Numbered from the stretch's first letter, positions 1 to 11,442 are shown. The stretch: DNA of 64,000 nt from Myxococcales bacterium (GCA_047601445.1 JASGJH010000001.1:4960001-5024000), one strand, 5' to 3'. Numbers and translations: made by a program. Notes: generated from the sequence alone by a model not told the origin.

Positions 1-382
1 GCGTGCAGTAGCGCACGTCCGGACCATCGACTTTGTCCCAGCCCCACGTGTCGGCGCCAGCGAAGTTCTGGAATCCACCGTCGTCGGTGACCGGCGGCGG
101 TTTGATCCACTGGCCCGGTAGGGCCAAACCCGCCTTGAGGTACGTGGTGTTCGCCGTGTTCACGAGTCCGGCCTCGGTCCAGCGCGAGTTGTCGCGGCGC
201 ACTCGCTCGATCCAGGTCTCGAGCACCTGCAGCGCCACCGTGTGCTCCTGCGCGTTCTGTACGGAGCGGATGGAGGCGCCCTGGAGGAACGTGAACCCCG
301 TGGCCCCCACCACCAAGACGGACACTGCGAGCATGACCTCGACCAGCGTGTAACCCGCGCGTTGTCTGCGTGCGCGCCTCAT
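1..382 (-). CDS. Type IV prepilin-like minor pilin (PilV-like), runs off window start
   Basis: Manual translation from ATG 382: MRRARRQRAG|YTLVEVMLAVSVLVVG, a class III signal peptide with E at +5; ATGA overlap with the upstream pilin gene. Confidence 0.8.
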   Translation of the reverse strand, partial: MRRARRQRAGYTLVEVMLAVSVLVVGATGFTFLQGASIRSVQNAQEHTVALQVLETWIERVRRDNSRWTEAGLVNTANTTYLKAGLALPGQWIKPPPVTDDGGFQNFAGADTWGWDKVDGPDVRYCT

Positions 383-1062
383 CGGAACACCTTCGCCATT
401 CCGTTGAGCGGCACGAGCACCTGGCGCGCGACGAAGTCAGGGCTCGGATCGCTTTCGCCGGGCCGCACGACGTCGATCTGGAACATGAAGCCCCCTCCGA
501 GGGACACGCCGCCTGCGGTCTTGCCGTCGGACGTCATCGCCCCACCGCCGATGGATTGGTAGACGGTGCCGTTGGGCGAGAAGCACACCAGGCGCACATC
601 CTTGGATTGCGTGTCCGGTCCGGGCGGCGTGGTGCCGTCGGGCAGCAGTTCGCGCAGCCGAAACGTTGGTCCACCTGGCAGCGACCAGGGCTGCTCGACG
701 AGCGACATGGTGGTGCATTCCGTACCGAGCTGCCCGAACAGGCTGGCGTTGGCGCACTGGACGTTGAGCGCTTCCCAGTTGGCAGCCAGGCAGCTGTTGT
801 TGGCTGCGTGGAGCACCCGGACGGTGCCGTTGGCAGGGTCGAAGCGCACCGTGTGGGCAACCCGGAGCACACTGGCGCTCAGCTTCGCGTCACGCACCAG
901 GCTGGTGATCTGGCGCGCGGCGGCCGCGCCGCGCTGCTCCAGCACCGTTCGCCTTACACTGACGCCAAAGGCCCCGGCCAGGATCGCGATGATCATCACG
1001 ATGATCATCAGCTCCACCAGGGTCACTCCCTGCTTGGCTCGACTTCGGCGCTGGGCGGACAT
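379..1062 (-). CDS. Type IV prepilin-like protein (FimU/GspH-like)
   Basis: MSAQRRSRAKQG|VTLVELMIIVMIIAILAG prepilin motif; C-terminal VLVPLNGMAKV; start moved to ATG 1062. Confidence 0.8.
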   Translation of the reverse strand: MSAQRRSRAKQGVTLVELMIIVMIIAILAGAFGVSVRRTVLEQRGAAAARQITSLVRDAKLSASVLRVAHTVRFDPANGTVRVLHAANNSCLAANWEALNVQCANASLFGQLGTECTTMSLVEQPWSLPGGPTFRLRELLPDGTTPPGPDTQSKDVRLVCFSPNGTVYQSIGGGAMTSDGKTAGGVSLGGGFMFQIDVVRPGESDPSPDFVARQVLVPLNGMAKVFR

Positions 1063-1218
1063 GTGCGATTGCGGCCGATGCAATGCCCGTACCTCTCGGA
1101 TCAAACTCGACAATCCAGAGAAATTGCCAGCAGATCGACCAGGGCCTCAAGTTCTCGGCTCCGCACAGGATGCGGGAGTATGAAAAAGTTGCGGCGCCGC
1201 TTTGCGACCCTCGCTGGC

Positions 1219-1247
1219 TTGACAGACGGCCCAGGAGCAGATATCCC
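1219..1247 (+). promoter_or_regulatory. Putative sigma70-type promoter of tRNA-Leu
   Basis: TTGACA-N17-TATCCC ending 25 bp upstream of the tRNA. Confidence 0.5.
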
Positions 1248-1271
1248 ACTCGCCCTTTTCGAAGGGTACCG

Positions 1272-1356
<85 letters not shown>

Positions 1357-1379
1357 CAACGGCAACAAACCTGACCTTG

Positions 1380-1417
1380 ACCCCTCGGGCTAATACCCCG
1401 AGGGGTTTCGTGTTTTT
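1380..1417 (+). terminator. Rho-independent terminator after tRNA
   Basis: ACCCCTCGGG-CTAATAC-CCCGAGGGGT hairpin followed by TTCGTGTTTTT. Confidence 0.75.
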
Positions 1418-1429
1418 GGGGGAGAAGAA

Positions 1430-1842
1430 CCCGGAAACCGGAGACCAAGGGCAGTGGCCGGAGAGCGTGGCTGTGGCCGGAGACCGCGGCCGGAGACCGA
1501 GGCTGTGGCGGTTGACCGTGTGGGTGCCCGGAGACTGTGGCCGTGGGTCGTAGTCGTCCCCGGCGACCGCGACGTCGATCCCGTCGCCACAACGACCGTC
1601 AAGTCACCTTCCGGGTTTACACAACCAACGCGCGCAGAGGCAGCCAAGACGAAGACACGCCCCTGCCATCGGACTCGGTTCCGACTACGGTCTTCCGCCA
1701 CCCACACGGTTCCGGCCACCAACACGACCACGGTCTCCGGCCACCAACACGGTTCCGGCCACGGCCCCCGCCACGGTGACCGCCACCGCCGAGGCCACGG
1801 CCCCCGCCGCCGCTACGGTGACCGCCACCGCCACCGTGACCC
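1430..1842. repeat. Intergenic CCGTGG/GGAGACCG-rich repeat region with inverted arms
   Basis: GTGGCCGGAGACCG (1473-1486) is the reverse complement of CGGTCTCCGGCCAC (1731-1744); homologous tract at 20040-20145. Confidence 0.7.
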
Positions 1843-1866
1843 CCTCCCTCGTGCCATTCTTCCTTC

Positions 1867-2256
1867 ATGTCAAACGACACCCACAGCCTGACCGTCGGCT
1901 ACCTGTTGTGGATCTTTGGCGTCACGGGGGCGCATCGCTTCTACTTCGGCAAGCCCGTGTCCGGCACCATCTGGTTCCTCACTCTGGGACTCTGCGGCGT
2001 CGGCTGGCTGCTCGATTTGTTCTTGATGCCTGGTCTCGAACGCAGCGCCGAGGCTCGCTACGCGCGCGGTCCCTTCGACTACACGCTCGCCTGGATCCTG
2101 CTCACGTTCTTCGGCCTTTTCGGCGTGCATCGCTTCTATCTGGGCAAGTGGCCGAGCGGTCTGCTCTATCTGCTGACGTTCGGTTTGCTGGGGATCGGTT
2201 ACCTATTCGACTACTGGACGCTCAACACCCAGGTCGACACCCGCAACCGCGCTTGA
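1867..2256 (+). CDS. TM2-domain (NINE) membrane protein
   Basis: Two copies of GxHRFY(F/L)GK..G..(W/Y)..T.G..G.G.L.D. Confidence 0.9.
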   Translation: MSNDTHSLTVGYLLWIFGVTGAHRFYFGKPVSGTIWFLTLGLCGVGWLLDLFLMPGLERSAEARYARGPFDYTLAWILLTFFGLFGVHRFYLGKWPSGLLYLLTFGLLGIGYLFDYWTLNTQVDTRNRA

Positions 2257-2274
2257 TGCCTCGCTGAGGCGGTC

Positions 2275-3525
2275 TTGCCGTGTGCGTCGGCGAGGTGCGG
2301 CGCTGCTGTAGAACGGCTGTGGGCCAGCCCTCCAACTCGCGAGCGCCGACGCGCGAAACCCAAGTGCGTGCGGTCCCGGGCGACTACGTGCTGCGTGTGG
2401 CCCATGGCTTGCTCGCTGGCGCTCGTCGGCAGCGCCACGCGAGCGCCTCGCTCCAGAGCCGCTGCTGCAAATGGGGGGTTGTCCGTGAGGCAGTCATTTC
2501 CGAGAGCCGCAGTGTCGGCGACATCAGAGTCGCCTTTCACCTCCGTCCTACTCTTGGTGTTGAGCTACGGGCTCGTGCTCGGGGCTCCGCTGGCTTTGCG
2601 CGGGCTGCGCGCCGCACCGTCCGCCGCCACGGACTTCGTCGACCTCCAGCCCTGGATGCTCTCGGTGGCGGCCGCGGGGCTCGGGCTCGCAGGCGCCGCG
2701 CTGATGGTGTTGGTGATGCTCAAGGTAGTGCGCGGCATGGAGCACCATCCCTACCCGGCCGTGGCGTCGGCGCTCGCGGTGTTGCTCGGCGTAATGATGC
2801 TGGGACTGGGTGCCGAGCTACGGGCCGGTTCGCTCGACGCCAGCGCGGTGTGCTTCCTGTGCCTTGTAACCAGCGTGTTGGGCGGGGGCCTCACGCAACG
2901 AGGGCACGGCTGGACGGCCCTGCTCGGCATCGTGGTGGCCACCTTGCCCGGCGAGCTCGTCTTGCTCTCGCTGTGGTCCCAGGCGGGGTTCCCGAGCAAC
3001 CCGCTCTCGCTCCTCTCCGAGCTCAGCTCGGCCGACCGCACCTTCCTGGCTCTGCTCACCGCCTCTGGTGTGCTGCTTTCCATCGTGGCCGTGGTGACGC
3101 GCACGCTCGTGCCCGCCGGCACGTCGGAGCTCGAGGAGCAGTCGAACCTGCGCGAGCGCTTGTACGCCGAGTGGATCCTGGAAGACCCCGACCTGGTCTA
3201 CGACGCACCCGAGCAGCCGAGCGACGTACCCGAGCAGCCGAGCGACGTACCCGAGCAGCCGAACGACAGCGCGAGCTCCAAGTCCCGCGAACGTCTGGCG
3301 CGCGCCATGTCGCTCGCCATCGCCGACCTCAGCCGCGGCGACGGTCCACCCGCGCTGCCGCGCGAGCACGACTCGGCCTGGAATTTCCAGGACACCGAAG
3401 TCGAGGTGCTCCCCTACGAAGAAGAGGCGGTCATTCGGCCGCGGTCTCAGGTCCTGGTGCTCGGCTCCCTGGTGGTGGTACTGACCGTGGTCGTGGCCAC
3501 GGGCTGGGTGCTCGCCCGCAGCTGA
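2275..3525 (+). CDS. Hypothetical multi-pass membrane protein (true start probably downstream)
   Basis: Several hydrophobic segments, acidic linker, C-terminal TM; N-terminal about 70 aa look non-coding. Confidence 0.55.
   Translation: MPCASARCGAAVERLWASPPTRERRRAKPKCVRSRATTCCVWPMACSLALVGSATRAPRSRAAAANGGLSVRQSFPRAAVSATSESPFTSVLLLVLSYGLVLGAPLALRGLRAAPSAATDFVDLQPWMLSVAAAGLGLAGAALMVLVMLKVVRGMEHHPYPAVASALAVLLGVMMLGLGAELRAGSLDASAVCFLCLVTSVLGGGLTQRGHGWTALLGIVVATLPGELVLLSLWSQAGFPSNPLSLLSELSSADRTFLALLTASGVLLSIVAVVTRTLVPAGTSELEEQSNLRERLYAEWILEDPDLVYDAPEQPSDVPEQPSDVPEQPNDSASSKSRERLARAMSLAIADLSRGDGPPALPREHDSAWNFQDTEVEVLPYEEEAVIRPRSQVLVLGSLVVVLTVVVATGWVLARS
3201..3267 (+). repeat. 21-bp in-frame tandem repeat (PEQPSDV, about 3 copies)
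   Basis: CCCGAGCAGCCGAGCGACGTA at 3208 and 3229, variant copy at 3250. Confidence 0.9.
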
Positions 3526-3583
3526 ACCCGGGTAGCGCGCCGCCGCGGCAGGCAAGCCTGTCAGCCCTCGCGCCACCCAAAGC

Positions 3584-3619
3584 AAAAGGCCGGCCTCGGA
3601 AGCTCCGAGTGCCGGCCTT
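3584..3619 (-). terminator. Terminator downstream of groEL
   Basis: On - strand AAGGCCGGCACTCGG-AGCTT-CCGAGGCCGGCCTTTT hairpin. Confidence 0.65.
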
Positions 3620-3658
3620 GGCGCATTCGAGGAGCACGCGTTCACGCGCTCCAGGGGC

Positions 3659-5323
<1,665 letters not shown>

Positions 5324-5734
5324 CAGAACTCTCCTCAGTAGTCGGTCGAACGCGGCGCGATCCGTTGTCGCACCGCATGCGGCGCGAGCAGTTGTCCCAG
5401 GCGCCGCAAGCGATCGTCACCGCGCGTAGGCGCGAGCAACGAAACGAGGCCCCACTGGTAGCCACTTCTGTGCCTGCGTCAACCGGGGTAGGCCCAGAAA
5501 ACAGCGCGTCTGGACGTGGTTGCCCGCAGGTCCCGGGCCTGCGCCGCACAGGTCCGAACATCCCTGAACGACGTCCGCCCCCGCGCAACAGGGCTGCAAA
5601 GTTCCGAGTTTTCTGAATTTTTCTGGGCTCAAGTGCCGAAAAACCCCTGAGAAATCCCATTTACCCACATCAATTTCGCACTTTTACGCGCGTTTGGCCT
5701 GACCTGGTTCGAACCCAGCGGGGTACCAAGCCAC

Positions 5735-7462
5735 GTGGCTCATCCAAGCTCTCCTCGGCTTTCGGCCCACTCCTGCCTGCTCGCCCTGGTCATGGCTGCC
5801 GGGTCCGCCTGTAGCGGCTCGGTCGGGTCCCCCCTTGGACCCGGCCAGCCCGGCGACTTCGGCCAGGGCGCGGCCCAGGGCGGCAGCTTCATCAACGGTG
5901 GCGTCGACCAGGCGCTGTGCGCCAAGGACCCGCCCAAGCCCGCGGCTAGCCCCAACTTGGTGCGACTCACGCACCGCCAGTACGACAACACCATTCGCGA
6001 CCTGATGGGCATCGAGTCCGGGGTATTGACCGAGTTCCTGGCGGACCAGGTGTTCTACGGCTTCGACAACAACGCCCAGAACCTCTCGGTCCCCTACAAC
6101 CAGACCCTGCGCTACCGAACCGCGGCCGAGCGCATCGCTCAGCAGGCAGCCGGCGACCTCTCCAGGTTCGCCAGCAGCGCCCCGTGCGTGAGCAAGACCC
6201 AGGACACGGCCTGCCGCGACGTGTGGCTCTCGGGCTTCCTCAAGCGCCTCTTCCGGCGCCCGCTCGAGAACGCCGAGCTCACCCGCTATCAGGGCGTGTT
6301 CCAGCAGGGTGCGAGCCTCTACGAAGACGGTTCGTCGTTTCAGCGCGGCGTGCGCCTGGTGTTGGAGGTGGCACTGCAATCGCCCAGCTTCCTGTATCGA
6401 GCGGAGGTGCGGGAGCCGCAGGAGAAGGACGGCATGATCCCCCTCAGCGGCCACGAGGTCGCCGCGCGTCTCTCGTTCCTGCTCTGGTCCTCGGTGCCCG
6501 ATGATGCGCTGCTCGCCAAGGCCGACGCCGATCAGCTCACGAGCGATGCGCAGGTCGAGGCCGAGGTGCGGCGCATGCTCGACGATCCCAAGGCCCAGCG
6601 CACGTTCGAGGACTTCCACGCGCAGTGGCTGGAGCTCGACAAGCTGCGGTTCGACAAGGATCCGTTGACCTTCCCTAGCTACAACCGCGATGCGTTCCAG
6701 AGCGCCGCGCGCGCCGAGACCATGGCTTTCGTGAAATACGTCGGCCTCGAGTCGGGCGGCAGCCTGGCGGACCTTTTCACGAGCCCCGAGACCTTCGTCA
6801 ACGCCACCACGGCCAGCGTGTACGGCGTGAGCGCGAGCGGCAACGGCATGACCAAAGTGGAGCTCGATCCCAGCCAACGCGCGGGCTTGCTCACGCAGAC
6901 CAACTTCCTCGCCGGCCACGCGGACGCCCTCAACGGCTCGCCTATCCATCGCGGAGCCTTCATTCAGAAGCGCCTGTTGTGCAGGGTCTACGGCTCGTTG
7001 CCCGCCAACGTGGGCACCCTACCCGACCGCGGCGGAGACATCGTCACCACGCGCGATCAAGTGGAAGCCAAGACGGCGCCGCCGCAGTGCCAGGCCTGCC
7101 ACTCCACCATCAACCCCGCGGGCTTCGCCTTCGAGGGCTTCGATACGCTCGGTCAGGCGCGCACCATGGATCACGGCGAAGCGGTGAACACCACGGGGAC
7201 GCTGACCATCGACGGCAAGGACGTGAGCTTCGCCAACGCGGTGGAGTTCGCCGACGCGCTGGCCGCGAGCGACACGGCGCGGCGCTGCTACGAGACCCAG
7301 TGGTTCCGCTACGCCATGGGACGCGTGGAGAGCGACCAGGACGATTGCGCGCTCTCGGGCATCGACACCCGCATGCGCGACAAGGGCGAGGCCATCAAGG
7401 AGATATTGGTGGCGCTCTCACTGTCGCGCGGCTTCCGTTTCAGGACTCAGGAGGATATGTGA
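5735..7462 (+). CDS. DUF1592/DUF1588/DUF1595/DUF1587/DUF1585 family exported protein with heme motif
   Basis: RLTHRQYDNTIRDL, LQSPSFLYR, RLSFLLWSSVPD, SPIHRG, CQACH; lipoprotein-like N-terminus. Confidence 0.9.
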   Translation: MAHPSSPRLSAHSCLLALVMAAGSACSGSVGSPLGPGQPGDFGQGAAQGGSFINGGVDQALCAKDPPKPAASPNLVRLTHRQYDNTIRDLMGIESGVLTEFLADQVFYGFDNNAQNLSVPYNQTLRYRTAAERIAQQAAGDLSRFASSAPCVSKTQDTACRDVWLSGFLKRLFRRPLENAELTRYQGVFQQGASLYEDGSSFQRGVRLVLEVALQSPSFLYRAEVREPQEKDGMIPLSGHEVAARLSFLLWSSVPDDALLAKADADQLTSDAQVEAEVRRMLDDPKAQRTFEDFHAQWLELDKLRFDKDPLTFPSYNRDAFQSAARAETMAFVKYVGLESGGSLADLFTSPETFVNATTASVYGVSASGNGMTKVELDPSQRAGLLTQTNFLAGHADALNGSPIHRGAFIQKRLLCRVYGSLPANVGTLPDRGGDIVTTRDQVEAKTAPPQCQACHSTINPAGFAFEGFDTLGQARTMDHGEAVNTTGTLTIDGKDVSFANAVEFADALAASDTARRCYETQWFRYAMGRVESDQDDCALSGIDTRMRDKGEAIKEILVALSLSRGFRFRTQEDM

Positions 7463-8886
7463 ATCGTCGTCGTTTCCTGCGTGGATTGGGCGGCGTGGTG
7501 GTGGGCTTGCCGCTGCTCGAATCGCTCGGCTTTCGCCGCTTCGTGCGCTCGCAGAGCACGCCCGTGACCCGGCGCTTCGTCACGTTCTTCCAGTGCAACG
7601 GCGCCAACATGCAGAAGTTCTGGCCGGCCGACGGGGTGGGCTTCGGCGATCTCACCGACGCGCACTTCGGTGCGGACCGCACGCTCTATGCGCTGCGTGG
7701 CTACAAGCAGAAGCTGCTCTTGCCCCGCCACATGAACATGTCCCCCAAGGGCTTCGGCCAGGACCCGGGCACAAACGGCTGCGACCATCAAAAGGGCATG
7801 GGGCAGAAGCTGACCGCGGCGCCGCTCGACACGTCCGGTTTCGCCACGGGCATCTCGCTCGACCAGTTCATCGCCAAGCAGGTGAACCCGATGGGTCGCC
7901 CTGCGCTCACCATCGGCGTGCACAACACGGGCGGTGGAGGCACCGGCAGCATCTCCTACAGCGGTCCGATGCAGCCCGTGACCAGCGAGTCGAATCCCAG
8001 GCTGGTGTTCCAGGACTTGATGGGGCTGGGCAGCACGCCGAACCCGCAGGTCGAAGACCTGCTGACCAAGCGCAGAAAGAGCGTGCTCGACCTGGTGAGC
8101 GAGGACTTCGCCACTCTCCAGGCCAAGCGCCTCAGCAAGAACGACCAGATGAAGCTCGACATGCATTTCAGCACCATCCGCACGCTCGAGCAGGAAATCA
8201 CGATGCCGATGGGCCCCGTGATGGGCTGCCACCCGCTCGAGACGTCACGCCAGCAGGAGATCGCCACGGCCGACACGGGCGTGAACATCAAGGCCGACGA
8301 GCAGTATCCACGCGCGGGGCGCATGCAGATGGACCTGATCGCACTCGCGCTGTCCTGTGATCATACGCGCGTCGCGACCTTGCAGTGGGGCGCGGGCGCG
8401 GGTGGCCCGATCTTCAAGTGGGACGGCATGAACCACCTCTACAACCACCACAAGCTCTCGCACGGCAACACGCGCGACGACAACAGTGGCGATGCAGTGG
8501 CCGGCTACGAAGGCATGATCTTCGATATCGACAAGTGGTTCGCGGGCGAGTTCGTGTACCTGCTGGACAAGCTCAACGCCTACGAGGAGGACGGCGGCAC
8601 CCTGCTCGACCACTCGCTGGTGATGTGGATCAACGAGCTCTCGGACGGCAAGGCCCACGACTTCACGGACCTGCCGACGGTGCTCGCGGGTAGCTGCGGC
8701 GGGTACTTCAAGCAGGGCAAGTACGTGGAGCTCTCCAAGGGAGGGTACGCCGATGCTCCTCACAACAAGCTACTTACGAGCATCGCTAACGCGATGGGCG
8801 CCAAGGCCGCGGGCGGGGGTCCGGTGACCCACTTCGGAGACACCAAGTACGGGGAGCCGGGGGAGTATGCGCAGTTGCTGGCTTAG
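7459..8886 (+). CDS. DUF1552 family protein with Tat-like leader
   Basis: GTG start overlapping the upstream stop; NRRRFLRGLGG...LPLLES, SLDQFIA, GTLLDHSLV. Confidence 0.9.
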   Translation: MNRRRFLRGLGGVVVGLPLLESLGFRRFVRSQSTPVTRRFVTFFQCNGANMQKFWPADGVGFGDLTDAHFGADRTLYALRGYKQKLLLPRHMNMSPKGFGQDPGTNGCDHQKGMGQKLTAAPLDTSGFATGISLDQFIAKQVNPMGRPALTIGVHNTGGGGTGSISYSGPMQPVTSESNPRLVFQDLMGLGSTPNPQVEDLLTKRRKSVLDLVSEDFATLQAKRLSKNDQMKLDMHFSTIRTLEQEITMPMGPVMGCHPLETSRQQEIATADTGVNIKADEQYPRAGRMQMDLIALALSCDHTRVATLQWGAGAGGPIFKWDGMNHLYNHHKLSHGNTRDDNSGDAVAGYEGMIFDIDKWFAGEFVYLLDKLNAYEEDGGTLLDHSLVMWINELSDGKAHDFTDLPTVLAGSCGGYFKQGKYVELSKGGYADAPHNKLLTSIANAMGAKAAGGGPVTHFGDTKYGEPGEYAQLLA

Positions 8887-9117
8887 AAGGAAACCCGCCC
8901 TCGAGACGCCCCTCCCATCATCCACGTGAACTTTGACGGCGAGCGGCGACGTGAACGTCCTCGCCCGAACCCGTCGAGCCCGTCCACCCCACCTCCCCTC
9001 GGTAAGCACCGCCGATATCGAGTCGTGACCGCAAACGACCATGGTGCTGACCGCCCTCACAGGCGCTTACCTCCAAGCTTGACCTCGGGGGCTCAAGCGC
9101 GGCACCTTTGACTGCTG

Positions 9118-10383
9118 ATGTGGCGGTCGTCCCTTATTTTCCTGGGTTTTCTTGTCTTGAGCGGCTCTGGCTTCCCCGAGGGACGTCCCCGCAAACGTGA
9201 GGGACTTCACGCGAACCTGCGCTCCGTCCAGCTGCTCCAGCATCAGTGGGCCAAGGAGCCCGAGAGTCCGGCCGCCATCGACCGCGTGATGTTCGCCCAG
9301 GCCCTGACCAAGCTCTGCGCCGGCATGCCCACGGAGCGCGCCGAGCGCTACGCCGCCTATATCGAAGACAGCGCGCGCGCCCACGGCGAGGATCCCTTCC
9401 TGTTGGCCGCCCTCATGCACCGCATGAGCCTGTGTCGCCCCGACTACTCCAACGCCATCGGCCACGGCCTCACGGCGCTCGATCCGGGGATGCTCAAGGA
9501 CAACGTACGCGGACGCACGCTGCGCTACTTGGTGCCGCAAGGCTCGGGGGCAAGCGTGGAGCGCGAGAAGACGCTGAGCCGGCCCCTCACCGAGGAGAGC
9601 GCGCTGGACGCGGAGACGAACCTGGAGTGGGCCGCAGCCGTGCTTTCGATGTTCCGCGAGCAGCACGGCGGGCTCGATGGAGACGCCGATCAAGTGGCGC
9701 ATCGCCACTACGTTTCGCACTTCATCTGGGGCGACAAGGTCCCGAGTGACCGCGAGGAAGATCGGGTGTTCACCGATCGCCGGCGCTTGCTCGAGAACTA
9801 CGGCGTCCACCAGGTCGAGCCCACCAGCACCTATCGCAACATCGTGTGGGGTTCGCCGCTGCAGGCCAGCCCGCGCGTGGTGAGCAGCGCGCCAGGTGCC
9901 GCGCGCGACGCAGGACTGCGACGGCACAAGGGTGTGGACGTCGAGTCCGTGCAGGGTGAGCCGGTGCTGGCCATGGCCGACGGCGTGGTGTTCTTCGCGG
10001 GCGTGGACTTGCCCGGCCAGGGCGCGCGGCCGCTCGATCCCAAGCAGGTGAAGCGCGTGAAGCGCGCGCGCATGGGACGTGGCGGGCGCTTCGTGTGCAT
10101 CGACCACGGGCCCGGAGGCCCACTGGAAGACGAGGCCTTCCTGCAGAGCTGCTACATGCACCTCGAAGAGATCCACGTGGCGACTGGAGAGGTGGTCAAG
10201 CGCGGACAACCGATCGGCACCGTGGGCCGCACCGGCTGCAAGCATTCACCGCCGCACCTGCACCTGGAGATCAAGAGTGACAAGCGCCGCTACGACGCGC
10301 GCGAATTCGTGCCCGGGATCCTGATCGGCGAACCGCCCCATGAGAAGTGGAAGCGCCGCAAGCCCAAAGTACCGCGCGTTTAG
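9118..10383 (+). CDS. M23 metallopeptidase with N-terminal lytic-transglycosylase-like domain
   Basis: HKGVD and HLHLE Zn motifs; N-half has SLT-like DPFLLAALM and LDAETNLEWAA; signal peptide. Confidence 0.8.
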   Translation: MWRSSLIFLGFLVLSGSGFPEGRPRKREGLHANLRSVQLLQHQWAKEPESPAAIDRVMFAQALTKLCAGMPTERAERYAAYIEDSARAHGEDPFLLAALMHRMSLCRPDYSNAIGHGLTALDPGMLKDNVRGRTLRYLVPQGSGASVEREKTLSRPLTEESALDAETNLEWAAAVLSMFREQHGGLDGDADQVAHRHYVSHFIWGDKVPSDREEDRVFTDRRRLLENYGVHQVEPTSTYRNIVWGSPLQASPRVVSSAPGAARDAGLRRHKGVDVESVQGEPVLAMADGVVFFAGVDLPGQGARPLDPKQVKRVKRARMGRGGRFVCIDHGPGGPLEDEAFLQSCYMHLEEIHVATGEVVKRGQPIGTVGRTGCKHSPPHLHLEIKSDKRRYDAREFVPGILIGEPPHEKWKRRKPKVPRV

Positions 10384-10443
10384 GTCAATCAATTGCCCCC
10401 CGCGAACAAGCGGCAGAGGTCGCTCTCGCGCTAACTTGGGCGC

Positions 10444-10884
10444 GTGCTTACACGTTCCTTACGCTTTGCTTGTTGGTTGCTGTTGGTAGGGTCGCAGGTT
10501 GCCTGCGCGCGCCATGACCTGCCCGAACTCGACCTGGACGAAAACGACCTGATTCACCGCCACGCCGACGCGGGCAAGCCGGGAACGCCCGAGCCCAAGC
10601 CCGAGCCAGATCCCGGACAGGGCGATGGCGACGGTGATGGCGATGATGAGCAGGGTCCGGACGAGCCGGCTCGCGACGCGTCGACCCCGGAAGAGCACAG
10701 CGACGCGGGCCCCAGCGAAGCAGATCGCACGCCGGCGGCCAGCAACGTCGATGGCTGCCCGGACACGGCACCCAAGGACGGCTTCAACGTGGGGCTGTGC
10801 AATCCCGCTGACGGGTTCATCTGCAAGTACGGGCCTTCGTTCAGCTGCTACTGCAGTGGACCAGGCTGGGTTTGCACCAAGTAG
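10444..10884 (+). CDS. Putative lipoprotein with GD repeat and Cys-rich C-terminus
   Basis: Lipobox-like QVAC, GDGDGDGDD, six Cys in the last about 42 aa. Confidence 0.65.
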   Translation: MLTRSLRFACWLLLVGSQVACARHDLPELDLDENDLIHRHADAGKPGTPEPKPEPDPGQGDGDGDGDDEQGPDEPARDASTPEEHSDAGPSEADRTPAASNVDGCPDTAPKDGFNVGLCNPADGFICKYGPSFSCYCSGPGWVCTK

Positions 10885-10886
10885 GA

Positions 10887-11010
10887 CGCTGACGAAGTCA
10901 GCGCCCTACTTCCCGTGCCAGCCCTGCGCCAGCAAGGCGTGCCCGTGCCCGCACCCGAATTAGTGCGCCCGACCTCATGCACCCGAACCAGTGCGCTGAC
11001 TTCGTCGGCG
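10887..11010. repeat. About 124-bp element with terminal inverted repeats (MITE/REP-like)
   Basis: CGCTGACGAAGTCAGCGC ... GCGCTGACTTCGTCGGCG (1 mismatch in 18); internal GCGTGCCCGTGCCCG. Confidence 0.65.
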
Positions 11011-11014
11011 CCTG

Positions 11015-11239
11015 CTAGCCCTTGACCTTGAGCTCGTCGCGCACGCTCTTCGCCACGTTGAGGCCGCGTATCATCTCGGTGATTTGTTGGCGCTCGGTTT
11101 GACCGGGCACCTCGCCGCGGAGCGTGACGATGCCGTCTGCCACCCGCACCTCGAGCGTGGGTGTTTCGCCCTGGAACGGCAGCTGCACGAGGCGCTCATG
11201 GACGGCCTCGCGGATTTGTTCGTCGGATTGTTCAGCCAT
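11015..11239 (-). CDS. BON-domain protein
   Basis: SDEQIREAV...VRVADGIVTLRGEV...VRDELKV. Confidence 0.85.
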   Translation of the reverse strand: MAEQSDEQIREAVHERLVQLPFQGETPTLEVRVADGIVTLRGEVPGQTERQQITEMIRGLNVAKSVRDELKVKG

Positions 11240-11442
11240 GTCGTCCTCCAGTCCGGTTGGGTAGACACGAGCCCCCCGCTCGCAACATCAGCGGCCCTGG
11301 AGCAAAGCGTGCACGCATGCACCGTGGAGCGTGACGAAGGTCACGAGCAGCGACCGGAAGCGGCGTACCAGAGCGGAAAAATCGCCGAAGGATGCGAGCC
11401 TTTCGAGGCTCGTGCGCACTTGCAATACACAGGTGATCCATC

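Noticed and set aside
1430..1842. Possible CRISPR array
   Set aside because: No constant repeat with unique spacers and no cas genes; units are degenerate short-period repeats
5600..5700. CIRCE element upstream of groEL
   Set aside because: Only a GGCACTT half-like site on the minus strand; no matching second arm at 9-bp spacing
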